Part shown: positions 49,804-61,752 of the stretch, piece after piece
Numbering within the stretch: position 1 is the stretch's first letter
How the letters are laid out: each line of letters opens with the position of its first letter
Source: Macrostomum lignano
Lineage: Eukaryota
Direction of reading: 5' to 3'
DNA length: 61,752 nucleotides
NCBI GenBank assembly: GCA_002269645.1
Contig: NIVC01004074.1
Span: 1 to 61,752, forward strand
The notes under the pieces: model-generated
Told to the model about the DNA's origin: nothing
What the model saw: the letters and a program-made list of their open reading frames with translations, nothing else
The model's database searches: none
Translations under genes and position numbers: made by a program

Positions 49804-52800
49804 CAGTTTTAATTTTCAGTCGCACTTACACTTAAAGCCAGGCCTGACACCTTTGCAAATAGTCTCTGTCTAATATAAAAATTGAATCCGATTTGAACTA
49901 ATGAAATTATCAGACAAAATGTGATTCTGTCCACCCGACAAAAAGCTTAGTTCACCCGCTAAAAAGATGCGGCCTCCAGATATCTTTCTCTGGGGTCAAC
50001 GGGCCCAGCTTCTTCAAAGAAGACTTATAATTAGACTTGAATCAATTTGTCGGCAAAGATTTGCTCGGGAGCCCCGGAGCTGCACGCAAACACAGACGCT
50101 ACCAGTGAGTTAGATGAAGATCAATAGCCTCGATTTCCTATCGCCGCTTCCTCAAAAAAGATTAACAAGAATTATCTTGAATAATCTCGAAATTTCTCAA
50201 AGGAAGTTGGAAAACTGTAGACTGACAGAGGAAATCTGAGAGAGAAAATTATTTTTTAGGTCCGATGCTAGTTTGAAGCCACATGATGTTGTCGAGAGAC
50301 TGAGGGCGGAGTTGGTGGCAGCTCCGGGTCAATAGGACTTGGGATTTGGGGTGGGTGCTCAAACATAGGAGATAGCATGTGGGAGCGGCCAGCATGGGCT
50401 GGTGGGGAGCGATTCTGGAACAGAAAGGAAGGGAACCTGAGAGCTTTGCCGATGAGGCTCATTCCAATTCTACACTTCATTTTCCAGTTCCTATCGATTC
50501 TCAGCCTCCTGCCGCTGGCTCCATCTGGCGTTGCTCTTTCAAACTAATCTCAACACATCATCGGCTGGTCCGAGGTGACCCACATGCAGCCTCACGTCTC
50601 TTCATCTACTTCCAAGATCCTCTTTCTTTTCGATAGCACGTTCTACTTGTTCAGTGGCAGCTCGGACATAATCCGGCTTTTGGTTTGCCGCGTCGCAATC
50701 TTGTCCGACTTGGCTGATTTATTTACGAGTAGACTGGGAAGCTGGCAATGCAGATTTCAAAAGATTGATGCTGTGGGTCAATGCATGCATTGCTATTGTA
50801 AAAATAATTATTTAGTTTTAAAGCACTTTTCCACTTTGCATATGAGACAAAATTTTCAGACTTTGCTGGGGTTTGAATCCCACCGCTGCCAACTCGTATT
50901 ACTGCATGGTTCGTGCGAGCGGGAGACAGCAAAACTCTGGGTGGAAAGGAATACAGCTTAGCATTACAGGAAAAGGCTTCCTCTTTCCTTTTCGGCTTTT
51001 TAGCCAAAGAGTATACTCAGGAGGTGTGGCCAGAGATGGAGCCTCCAGAATTTGCACAGTGCAAGCCATACGCAGAAAGGATAGTGAGGAAGAGAAAAAA
51101 GAGGAAGTGCAGGCTGTTTCCGAACAGAGGGTGTCATTAAATTACAGCTCCGCATTTCGGCAAGGTGGCAGGTTTGGGCGAACGAGTTTGCAGCTCCACC
51201 ATCAGCCAGTCCATCCTCTCTCCTCTTCCCTGTCAGTTTCTCCTCCGCTGCCAGTGCGAATTAATTCTATTAACCATAAAAATTACTTTAGCTTCCTTTG
51301 CTCAACAGAGTCTGTTTTACACTTGTGTTACCCCTTTATCTGTTTGAGGACTGCCCAGTAGCAGTTCGTGTCTATGCTGGGATTTAAAAAGGCGAAAACA
51401 GGTTTGGTAAGACTTAAGAACTGAGTTGACCCGCTTTTATATCGCAAGAACTGCTTATGCAGCATGCCGTGTCATTAGTTTCCAATGATTCAGAACCACC
51501 AGCAATGACAGTAGAGTCTCCTAATTGCAAGCAGAGTTTTTAAGCTTCAGCCACTTTCTGCAACCAACTCACTCTGCGTCTCCTGCAGGTAGAGGAAAAT
51601 ATAGCGATCTGTATTGTCACTAATTTTATTTAAAGCCATGTTTTAGGATTTATTGACAGGATAGGAATTTGAAGTATGGAAAAAGAACGCACAGCACATT
51701 CCATGATGGAAGGAAGATGGGATAGGGCTTCCAGCCCCCACACATTGCCACAGCCATCGATTTTCTTCCTCCAGCTGAGAACTGGGCGCTCCAAGACTCA
51801 CACCCGCTTCCCAGACAAATTACCGCCCACAAGCCATGCAAGTCTCTTTAGCCTTCCTTTCCTTGATTTTCCACGCTGCGAGTACGAATGCACCGTATAA
51901 GAAACTGATAATCAAGAGAATCACGCAGGTAATTATTCCCACCATATAATAGGGGATTTTGCCGTGTGTAGTGAGATAAAGCGAATTTTGGATTCTTAGC
52001 TGCAGAACTGCAAGTTTTTGGCTCAAGCCTCCATTTGCTCTTGTCTCTCAGCTTCACCCCATCCGCACTGACGTAGCCTCTGAAATCCCATCTACCCTTC
52101 TCTTGTTCTTACTCCCATCCGCATGCTGTCCTCTCTTTTTGCTGGCAAAAATTCCCCCCACCCTTTCCATTGTTTACGAAGGGGTTAAGCCGAGCCTCGA
52201 GAGCTATTGCTGCTTGTCTCCTTCACCCTTATCCTTGAAGTATTGGCCCAGCTTAGGCTTTCTGCTTTTTCTAGTTGTCTCTTTCTACTTCCTAAGCTGT
52301 CTCTGCCTTTCTTGACATGAGCACCAACATTTCTCCCTGACTTAAGGATTCTGCAATCTCAAGCTACGGTATCGACGATGAATGATGCAGGGGAACGAAA
52401 TCTTGATAGGGGGGGAGTTTCCTTCTCTCTTCTTTGAGCATCTAGGATCGTGAAGGCTTCTACAGTTTGAATCGTGAGCCTTGTGCGCGAAAAAGACGCT
52501 CCTACTTGCCAGTATTTTCTCATCCCAAAATACAGTTGTAGCTGCAGAGCTACCCACCAAATGCACGAAAATCCTCACGTTATCGCCGAAGCCCCTTGTT
52601 GACACTGCCAGCCCCGCCAGCAGCCATGCTCGCCTCGCGATGCGTTGAGGTTTGAAAAACCAACGGGGGAAAAGTACTTAAACAATGTCAACAGACTGGG
52701 AGGGATGATGGGAACAGCAAGAGCTGCATAAAATCTGCAGGCAGATCGGGGCGCAACTTTAATAGCTCTTGAATAAACAGAGTGGCGAGAAATTGGATAA

Positions 52801-53897
52801 AGATAGACGCGAGTTGACGGAAATGAACTCTGTGAGCTTTGCATACTTACTGATGGCGCTAGGCAGCTGACCTCAAAAGTAATTTGTATATGAAGGCGGA
52901 TGCATGACTGAATTGTGCGTGGGGCACCAATATTCGCGTACAAGGACTTGGACATCCAGTGTTGCAGATGTCCACGCCCAATAAATAGCAATTTGATGAG
53001 GCTTCGCCTTCGAACCAACCATCACCTCGGTAGAGGATTTCACGGCGCTTTGGAGAGAAAAGTTGTCGCTGTTATGTTTAAATCGACGTCAGCTTGCTCC
53101 GGCGTCAGGCTATTTTCTACTCTACTCTCCAGGCTCCGTCCACCCCAATCGCTAGTATCTTGCTAACAATGTATGTTGCGTTATACTGTTGTGTTAGCCT
53201 AATAGCGGCAAGCCCAAATTTATCGATTAATCCTATATGACCCTCGCAAATCGACTGAATAATATAACATTGGCTCAGTTATCGTTTCATTATCACTAAA
53301 GTGCTGGCCTTTCTGGGTAGTGAGCTTGTTTAACACGTCGTTAAGGAACACTCGGTCTCTCTTTCGCGCTTAAGACGACATTTCGTCCCCTAGACTAGAC
53401 AAGTGGATCATAGTTAACATTCTAACATTGACACTTTGTTTCGCGCTGTTTTCTATAGAAAAGTTTATACATGAACGCAGCTGTCTATGGCATTATCTAC
53501 CAGACTGTACATTTAGCTCCCTAAGAAAGCACTATAGTGGATAAAAGGTTTTGCAGCTTGGGCGAATTCACTTGCAAAAAGGTTTCTTATTAACGCCTGG
53601 GTATCAATGATATTATACCATAGACATCTTTGCCCGACGCTACACTTCATAGCAAGGGCCGGGGGTGTGGGGGCAGAGTCCCCATAATGGAAGCTGTGGG
53701 GCGAAGCATAGATGAATAAAACCATTCATCCATGCGGCTAAGCCCCCACTTACTGCCATAGACGATAATCGCTGTGGTCAAAAGAACATTTCATCTGCCG
53801 GGCGGAATTCCGGGCGGTTAGCGACATTAGCGGGCGTTAATGGTGTCTATGGGATATCAAACTTATGACAGTTCTCTTCTCTAATAACAAATTTTAG

Positions 53898-55122
53898 AAT
53901 AGCAAAAATCTACGAAGGCCTGGTCGCCCTGGAGATGAGCCTGGCCGGTCTAATCGCTCTGTTTGGAATTGGCGGCAATATCCTCACCATCAGGGTGCTG
54001 CGCGTGCCGAACCTGCGAAACACTAGCACGGCTTTCTACTTCACCGTTCTGGCCGCCGTTGACATCCTGGTACTGCTGGTCGGCCCGACAACAAAGGCCC
54101 TGGCGGCTGCTGTCTTCACCAGTAGCACGCAGTTTCGAGACACGCACATAGTGCTCTGCAAGCTGCAGCTGTTTCTGAACTATTCTGTTACGCAGATCAG
54201 CGCCTGGGTACTCGTGGCCGTGACCATCGATCGGATGGTTTGGGTCGTGTGTCCCTTCAAGGCCAGACAGTTTTGCACGATTAAACGTTCCAAGCTAGTG
54301 TGCATACTGATAGCCTGTCTAGTGTCTCTTATCAACTGCCGACACCCATGGTACATGACCCTAATGGTAAACGACAACAACAAAACAATCTGCTCGTCTG
54401 AGGACGAGTTTATTAGGAAAGCGTACGTGAAGTACGTCGATCCTTCGCTAATAACAGTCGGACCGTTTCTAGTCATGCTCATTGCCAACCTGCTCATTAT
54501 TCGCACGCTGCATCGGGTGAAAGCTAAGCGCGAGAAAAATTTGCACAAAGCGCCGAACAAGAGGAAGGACGGCAGCAACCTCACGAAAATGCTTCTGTGC
54601 ACCAGCATCTTCTACCTGGTTTCCTCGCTACCCTACCTCATCCTCACCGTGGTGCTGAATGAGAAGCGTGACACTATTATGAGGCAAAAGAAGATCGTTC
54701 TGAACCTGATTTACCTGGGCCAGGTATGCTGCTACAGCATGTTCAATCTTAATTACGCAATCCATTTCTTGCTGTACTGCCTGGCTGGGCCAGCCTTCAA
54801 GGCGGAGGCGTTTCGCCTGCTCAGAATCCATCCGGAGAGGCAAGGTGGTCGCGCTGATCGCAAGGGCGGCGGTGGCGGTGGCGGTGGAGGAGGTGGAGGA
54901 GGAGGAGGAAGCAGCGCTGGTGGCGGTGGCGACGCAAACGGCGGAGTCACCTTCGTCACAGGCGCTGGCGACCAGCGGACTGACGACGGCGACGAAATTG
55001 TCGTCGACGAAGCTCCGCAGTGTACAGTCCAGAGGCCGGAAATCCACGAGCATCCGGCCAATCAGGAGGAGGCGATCGAGCTGATGGACCAGCCGGGAAA
55101 GGAGCGGCAGATGCTGGAGTGA
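53898..55122 (+). CDS. Class A peptide GPCR of the FMRFamide-receptor-like group. One long 7TM exon; ATG at 53935, likely acceptor at 53897 implying an unlocated upstream exon.
   Basis: 395-aa ORF with GIGGN (TM1), LAAVD (TM2), TIDRMVWVVCP (TM3), TKML...SLP (TM6), NYAIHFLLYCLAGPAFK (TM7/H8) and a Gly-rich C-tail. Frame stays open back to TTTTAG at 53897. Confidence 0.85.
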
Positions 55123-58100
55123 GCCTGATTTTAACAAAAGCCTCGAATCTCTGAACTCGAGACCAATAAAAATATTTTGATAGCGCCCGCTTTGATATCA
55201 TAACTTAATATCTATTTATGGCATATTTGCGTACTGTGAGTGAAAACTAAGCACAAACAAATTATCAGTAGCTTTTTATTGCGATATCTTGCATCTATGC
55301 ACGGTTTATCAAAAAAAAAATTGACGCGTAAACCATTGAAACAGATTCTAGCTATTGAAAAAACAACATCATTTTCTGTAACCATTCATGCTGCATATAC
55401 TTGCGAATTATCACTGACCTGCTTTTTTTACTTTTCATCCCGTATGAGTTACTACGCTCGTAATTTTCATAGCTTACGCCCCCACGTGATATTCAAATAG
55501 TTGGGCGTCAAGACTTTGGATTTATCAATGCTTTGTGAGGATTTCTTTCTATTTACCTAAAAGCGAATGAATAATCAGTTTGCTTTTATTATTTGACTTG
55601 GTTACGCGTTGTGCATTGAGTAAAATATTATGAAAATCGTATACCGTAATGCAATGAAATCCATTTGCGTTTTAAGGTGTCACATTATCTATGTTGTTAT
55701 TTTGATTTTTTGTCCCAGAAGCTTGAGCCGGAGCTGCCTAGAAAATCTGAAGCAGAAATTTCATAGCTACCTTTAAGCCTCTTCTCCCTGTCTGTTGTTA
55801 AGTGTAGTGACAACAAATATATAGGCCTGGCTCCGTCTTCACACTGCATATGCTTCACTTTTTATGAGTACTAAATGCAGTGCCATCTCCATTGCAACAA
55901 GCATAAATATACACAGATCGTTCTAACTATTTAACTATATACTAGTGTTAAAATTAACACACATTCTGCTTCAAACTGAGTTTTCAGACTTGATATTTGG
56001 ACAACGCTTTTTTCTCTGAATAACTACGCTCGTACTTGTGCTGAGCAAGACGGCATCAACTCTTACGAGTGAATAAATGCATTTCGCTTATTGCTTGGAA
56101 GCTTACGAGTATACCGTAAGTGAGGGGTTCGACTTCGCATGGCTTCAAATTAATATGGCGTTTGTGCGAGAATTTCTGGCTACTGGTCGAGGGCTTGGAA
56201 TGTGTGCTTTTTTCTGAGCATGTATGCTAGTACTCAGAAGTCAAAATTGGCATAAATCCCGCGCTGACTGTCGAATGTCACCGTGATTTTCATTCAGCAA
56301 TACTCAAAAGACTTACTATAGTATTCTGCTGATTTAGAGATAAAATATTACTAAAGACTTGTTCCACTTACAATCTGAACCGCCAAGGTCTCGTCTCGCA
56401 GGTAAATATTCACCTGAAAGCAAACAGTCGCCTTTGCAGTTGAACTTGCCATAGCTTTCTTCCTGAACTTACTCTGCATAGTAATCCATAGAATTCCATT
56501 GAGACCTGAAGAGGTTAGAACGAAAGAGCAGCCGCAGCAAATTGCAGGCCTGAGCGCAGTGCAGTGAAATTGGAAATGAGATAGTCGAGACAATTTAGGT
56601 TAATTTAAAGCTGCAACTGCCGCTGTTTAAGCTACAGTGCTGCTCGGGCCTGTTTCTGTGTTTTGGATGAGACGACTGCTCGAGAGACGCAGCAACCAAT
56701 AATTTCTGCAAACAAAGAGACCGATGCCAGAGTTCGCTGCAGTCGACAATCACTTCCTGGCAGAACCGTCCGTCTGATGACATTGCAAGTTCATGAGAGT
56801 GACGAGGGTGGGGAGCATGATTACAGAGAAGTGAGGAAGTCTTTTTCATTTCTAACAAAGAAATGACATTCCCCATTGCCTGCCAGCTGCCAATTAGTTT
56901 GACGTCAAACAAGAAACGCTCCAGGCGTGGGAAACTGACATTCTGGAGGATGCAAAATCCTGACTGAAGTGCCATCGAAGTGCGTGTCAATGCCTTAAGC
57001 ATAGCGTGTCGGATGTTTCCAGCACACGCATGCTCTTGCAGTTTTAGCAATGATATAGGACTAAGATATATATAGCTATAGTGTAACTTTTCTTCTCATA
57101 TCTTCTCAGAGCGTATATAAGGAACTAAAAACTACTTAAACGTTTTCCAGACTAAACGTATTCAGGAGGGCTAAACCCACAGTTTTAATTTTACATCTCG
57201 TACCAGACTTTGTCAAAGACGCTTATTATGACAGCGTAAGGCCGCACTCTTCCATGAACAACAACACCAAGGTACACCTCGCGCTGACCACAGGTGGCTA
57301 TACAGAGGGCCGGAGGTGTCATAACGCATTTAGGCAACACTCCTAAAAAAGTCAGCCCCCCCATAGTCAGAGTCAGAATGGGGGGCCCCTTCGGGGTAGC
57401 GCATCGTTCGCCCTCTTCAATGAATTTGTAGCCTAAATATCCAAACTATTATGGAAAAGTTGGCAGGAAATTTTTGTAGGCCAATGGTATCAGAAAACAG
57501 AGCCTCTCATGTTGTGTTTGTAAAAGAAGCAGTGACGAGAAAGAGAAGAAGGCGCGGGCGTATAGGGGACTGTGTTTGCTGAGTTTTCCTATTAATTAAC
57601 GTTAGAAGTTTCTTCGTCTACTGCTTTTTCACTCCGTCTTGTACGACTTGCTGAAAAAGCTCTGTTTAGGAGACGAATTTCGAGCTTAAGTAGAGACGAG
57701 CGGAGGACTGCGGCGAATTGGAGGGTGAATGAGGTGGCTGGGATAGCTGCGAGGGGCCCGAAATTTACGTCCGGTTTTGGCCGATCGATGCTCTGACGTG
57801 TTTTTAGATATTTGCGTATAGGAGCTGAAATAGAGAGAGCAGGAAAGCATTTGGCGAAGCACGGATGCTGGACTATCCGGGATCAGGAAGCAGCATCCCT
57901 GTTGCTCTCTGCTCTACATCGGCAGCGTCACAAGTTTCAATTACCACTTCATCTCAAATTCCACCATTCTTGTTTGGTTTGGCACAAAGCGTTTGACGAT
58001 TGAAGCGTGGGAAAAAGTGGAGCAGAAGGACGGAAAGAGCTCTGTGTGTAAGGATCTTATGTTATCCTGCTAGTTGGGAAATTTCGATAATTTGCTTTGT

Positions 58101-60898
58101 CTAATTCCGATCCCTTTGTGTCAACAGCAGGGTATCTTAACGCGGCAGCATGTACCTAAACAGCGGCTTCAAAAATGGAATGGAAACCGTGGGAGGTAGT
58201 TCTGAATAGAAGCCGCTGTGTCAAGCCTGTGGTCTACTTCTCTGAAATCTGTTTTTTGTCTCAGACGGGTGTCACGATCTCACATTTTAAGATAGAGTGG
58301 AGTAAGACAAGCCTAAATTATCGACGCAGTTTTCATGTGCAGGTGCCAAAGTTTTTCTTAGCTGGCACGTAAGGCAACTGATCCCTTTGGCTCTCTGGAC
58401 CCAGCCTCAGATCAGGAGGTCAGTAACCTTTCCCGAGACCAAAGTCTCGGTCGCCGGAACTGGCCCAGGCCCACCGACGTGATTGGGCTACAACGCAAAC
58501 ACACAAGAACTCGTATATACTTCTGTGTTTCAATTATACATGCACATACGCTCGTACAATACACTTAATATTTACAATGTATTTCTAATCGACACGTTCG
58601 TATCTTGCGACAACATTTTATTGCAAACATCCATTGATCAGGATTCCTGCCACTGCAGGCCTTTTTGTCGCGGTGCCGCGGGTCTGAAAGGGGGTCATGA
58701 TGAGCTCCCGGAACTGCTGTATGACCTCATGTAGAGGCAATTCAATTAAATCCAATGCCCAGTTAGGTTGTCAGCCCAGATTTTCTAGATTATTTCTCCA
58801 AACACTTTCTAGCCATTATCAATCTCCTGGATAACTCAGCAGCAATTATTCACTCAAGACCTGAGGATATATCTGTCTCCGAATATGGACTTGGACTTGG
58901 CATCGGAACTGGGGCAGTCAAGCATCGAGATCGGGATCCAGTGAATTGTGGGGGGTGCTAAAAACTCAACGAACCCGATGCGCAGTCTTTGCAAGGACAA
59001 TTCGACATAAAATAATAAAATTTGAGCTCGTAGGGATTTAGTAGACAGCTGTAGCAGCGCTTCGGTCTGCTTAATGGACTCGTGGCAACTGATGCTGAGA
59101 GGGCGTCTGCCCGGCGGGCTCTGGGCGTGACAAGGCAAGGAGAGCCCCCCCCCAGCTCAGCCACCAGCCTCTGCACTCGATTGTCAGTCATCCAGTGCGG
59201 CTGGCGATGATACAGGGTGAAGTCCGCAAACAGTGGCAGCTGTGGAACTACTTCCCGGAATTCTTCCTGTCCCTATCCAGCTGCATGCATCGCTGCAGGA
59301 TAAGCTGGGCTGGTAGGATCAGCAGCTTCCCAAGATGGGATAGAAATTGTGCTAGTGATACTGAGCTAGTGAGAGACAGACAGTTCCCGATTTGAATACC
59401 TGCCATTTGTAAGGTTCACCCTTTCTCTGCTCATAAATGATGCAACTGAGGAAAGAGGAACTTGATGGTGCATTTAAGAACTGGTCAGGTTAATGGAGAC
59501 TAGAAACAACTCAAGCTATTGTAACATGCAGGCTTAGTCATTGCGGTTGTTCATATCGTTATTCCTGCGGTGCAAGAACTTGGGCATGCATCTAGCCGTG
59601 GATTTTATGCTATTTTATTTTGAGTTTGAGCCTTCTCAAAAATCGCTGGCAAAAGTTTAGCGACAAGAAAAAAAATTTCATTCGATAGATCCGCTTTTTC
59701 GGTGTCCGCAGATTTATAATGCATTGCGAGTGTGAGAGGAGTGTATTATAAGTGCAACCAGAGAGGCAGCTGAAGTGACCAAACGGTGTAAAAGGAGAAA
59801 TCCAGGTAGAAAAAAGATAACACCCTGCTCCGAGGGGGGGGGGCTTGACAGCTGAGACTGCAGCAATACCAGGTGATTTATGAAGATCCGCTCGCGCCGA
59901 GACGGCCTCCGATCCCCTCCAGCGGAGCCCATAATCTTTTTATTGCAGGAGAGATTTGCGGCTTTTGCGCTATAGAAGACGCCCGCTCTCAGCGTGGGTT
60001 GGCACTGATGCTTCAAAGACAGGACAAACTCAGCTGCTCTGAACCTGCCGCCTCGATCGGATTGGGTTTTCGGACTCTCTTGTGCCCTTCTTAATCTTTT
60101 GGATACTTTGATCGATTTCCGCTTCTCAGTTCTCTGTGTATTTTCCATTCATAAAGCCATAGTTTGTTCAGGTGCGATAATGATTTTCTTGTGTTCTTTG
60201 TGAATTCAATCGTGCGTAAAAACAGAAAAGAGAAATCGATCTGTTTTCTTTGTTGGCGCCTGCATCATTTTCGGATCTTGATTAATTAATTTCTAAGCAT
60301 GCAGTGGAGCACGTATTTGCTAACTCGTATTTATGGTCAAATATGCTTTTGAGCAATGTGGAAAGATGTTTTTAATGACAGTCAGAGGGGCAGAATTTCA
60401 TTGACTGGCACTTCCTCGGGGCGCCACCTGCTTATAATAATGTACTTCAAGAGTACTCTACAGTTCTCAATTCAGAAAAGCTCTTACGACCGACTCTTTT
60501 TTACATTGAGTGCCACATTCTTTTTACAAGGTTGATGTTGCATAGAAATACACTTTCGGATTTCTTGATTTTTTCTGCTGGCTATCGTCCAGTCAATGAC
60601 ATCAAATTCGCTATTTTATAGAACGTTCGGTTGCCATTTTCGAAACTACTCGAGCGGTAGCGTCGTGGATTATGAGCTATATGAATGGCCGTATCCAGAA
60701 AGCTGTCTATGGTAGTCCGGTCTTGCAAAGCGAGCCCAGACTTGGATTTGGTATGCATGCAGAAAGGCCAGTCTACCATAGACGGATCTATCTAGTCTGG
60801 TCTAGGCAAAAACTTAGCCTACTACTGAGCTGACTATATTAATTCGAGCGTATTATTGTATATTCTTGCGTGGAATACATTTATTGGGTCTCTTTTAC

Positions 60899-61145
60899 AA
60901 GACCGAAATTTCACACACGCGCCGGAAACTACTGATTCGTCCTTAATAAGACCGAAACTTCATAAGACCGAAATTTCACATCGTAGAAAACTCAATATAT
61001 AACAAGGACCATGTAGAATTTTCGGCATAGGGAAATTTCGGTCTTATGAAGTTTCGGTCTTGTGAAATAAGATATTTCGGCGTTGTGAAGTTTCGGTCTT
61101 GGGAAATAAATATTTTCGGCGTTGTGAAGTTTTGGTCTTATGAAG
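60899..61145. mobile_element. Foldback/MITE-like element built from inverted runs of a 16-bp motif
   Basis: Perfect 30-bp inverted repeat 60948-60977 / 61032-61061 (AAGACCGAAACTTCATAAGACCGAAATTTC) with additional motif copies on both arms. Confidence 0.6.
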
Positions 61146-61752
61146 CCCTCCATTTACTAGCGTAATATTCCATGAAACGAGAAGAATGTCTATCCAGAAT
61201 CGCCGCGGAGATGGTTCCATAGACATTGAATGATTCATGCACGGTCTGGAGTGCGCATGAGTGCACGATGTCCTTCACGCACGAGTGAACGTGAAGGAAT
61301 CCCTGTCGTCGGATGAGTTATCGTGCAGCAATGGTAGATTGGGTATATGGTTTTAAAGGTAGACAATTCGCCACGAGTGACTAAAATTTATCATTATAAA
61401 GTATGGGTACTCGACGCGGGAAATTCCATACGCATGGACTACTAAAGTACAAGGACGCAAGACTCAGAATAGGTGAAAATATCATTGAAGGCCGATTTCT
61501 ATTTCGGCTATGCAAATGATGACGAAAATCGGCCTCCAACGAGCTTTCCACGAAAGTTGAGTCTTGCGTTTTATATATATGTTACTTTAGTCGTCCTTGT
61601 CCATACGTTCAAGAAAGTGTTTCGTACTTTAACTTAGCTATTAAATCAGAAAGTAAAATTTGGCACAGAAAGTTATACAAAATATTTATTTGCTTGTTAG
61701 TACGTCACTACACATATCGCTAAACAATAGCATATACCCTTTGCAATCCGCG

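Noticed and set aside
56495-56540. Hammerhead-ribozyme-like core CTGAAGAG...CGAAA
   Set aside because: Stem II has only one pair, and no valid stem I/III with a UH cleavage site could be built.
58434-58465. 7-bp hairpin CCGAGAC/GTCTCGG followed by CTGG as a Helitron 3' end
   Set aside because: The next base is not T and no matching 5' TC end could be defined.
58590-60148. Possible additional minus-strand gene (several open, coding-like stretches)
   Set aside because: Could not join exons in phase or recognise a domain; may be decayed coding or mobile DNA.

Overview
Intron-rich, GC-rich-coding metazoan DNA. The very high minisatellite load and gene content suggest a free-living flatworm such as Macrostomum (inference only). 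Five protein-coding genes were rebuilt by hand from splice sites and reading phases: (1) the 5' part of a crossveinless-2/BMPER-like VWC protein (-), with two single-base frameshifts in one exon; (2) a complete 708-aa DEG/ENaC channel (-); (3) an ABHD14-like alpha/beta hydrolase (+); (4) a tyramine-receptor-1-like aminergic GPCR (-); (5) an FMRFamide-receptor-like peptide GPCR (+). About 16.5 kb (about 27%) of the window is made of 18 distinct tandem arrays with 4-44 bp units. These fill introns to within 30-100 nt of splice sites, often share cores with each other, and in several cases are homotypic runs of transcription-factor-site or splice-donor motifs next to gene 5' ends or exons. Also present: three tRNA-derived SINEs (one with a CORE-like domain), a 5'-truncated LINE whose 3' UTR resembles the tail of one SINE, and a foldback element. 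No CRISPR array, rRNA or intact tRNA was found. Most long ORFs in the supplied track are repeat artefacts.
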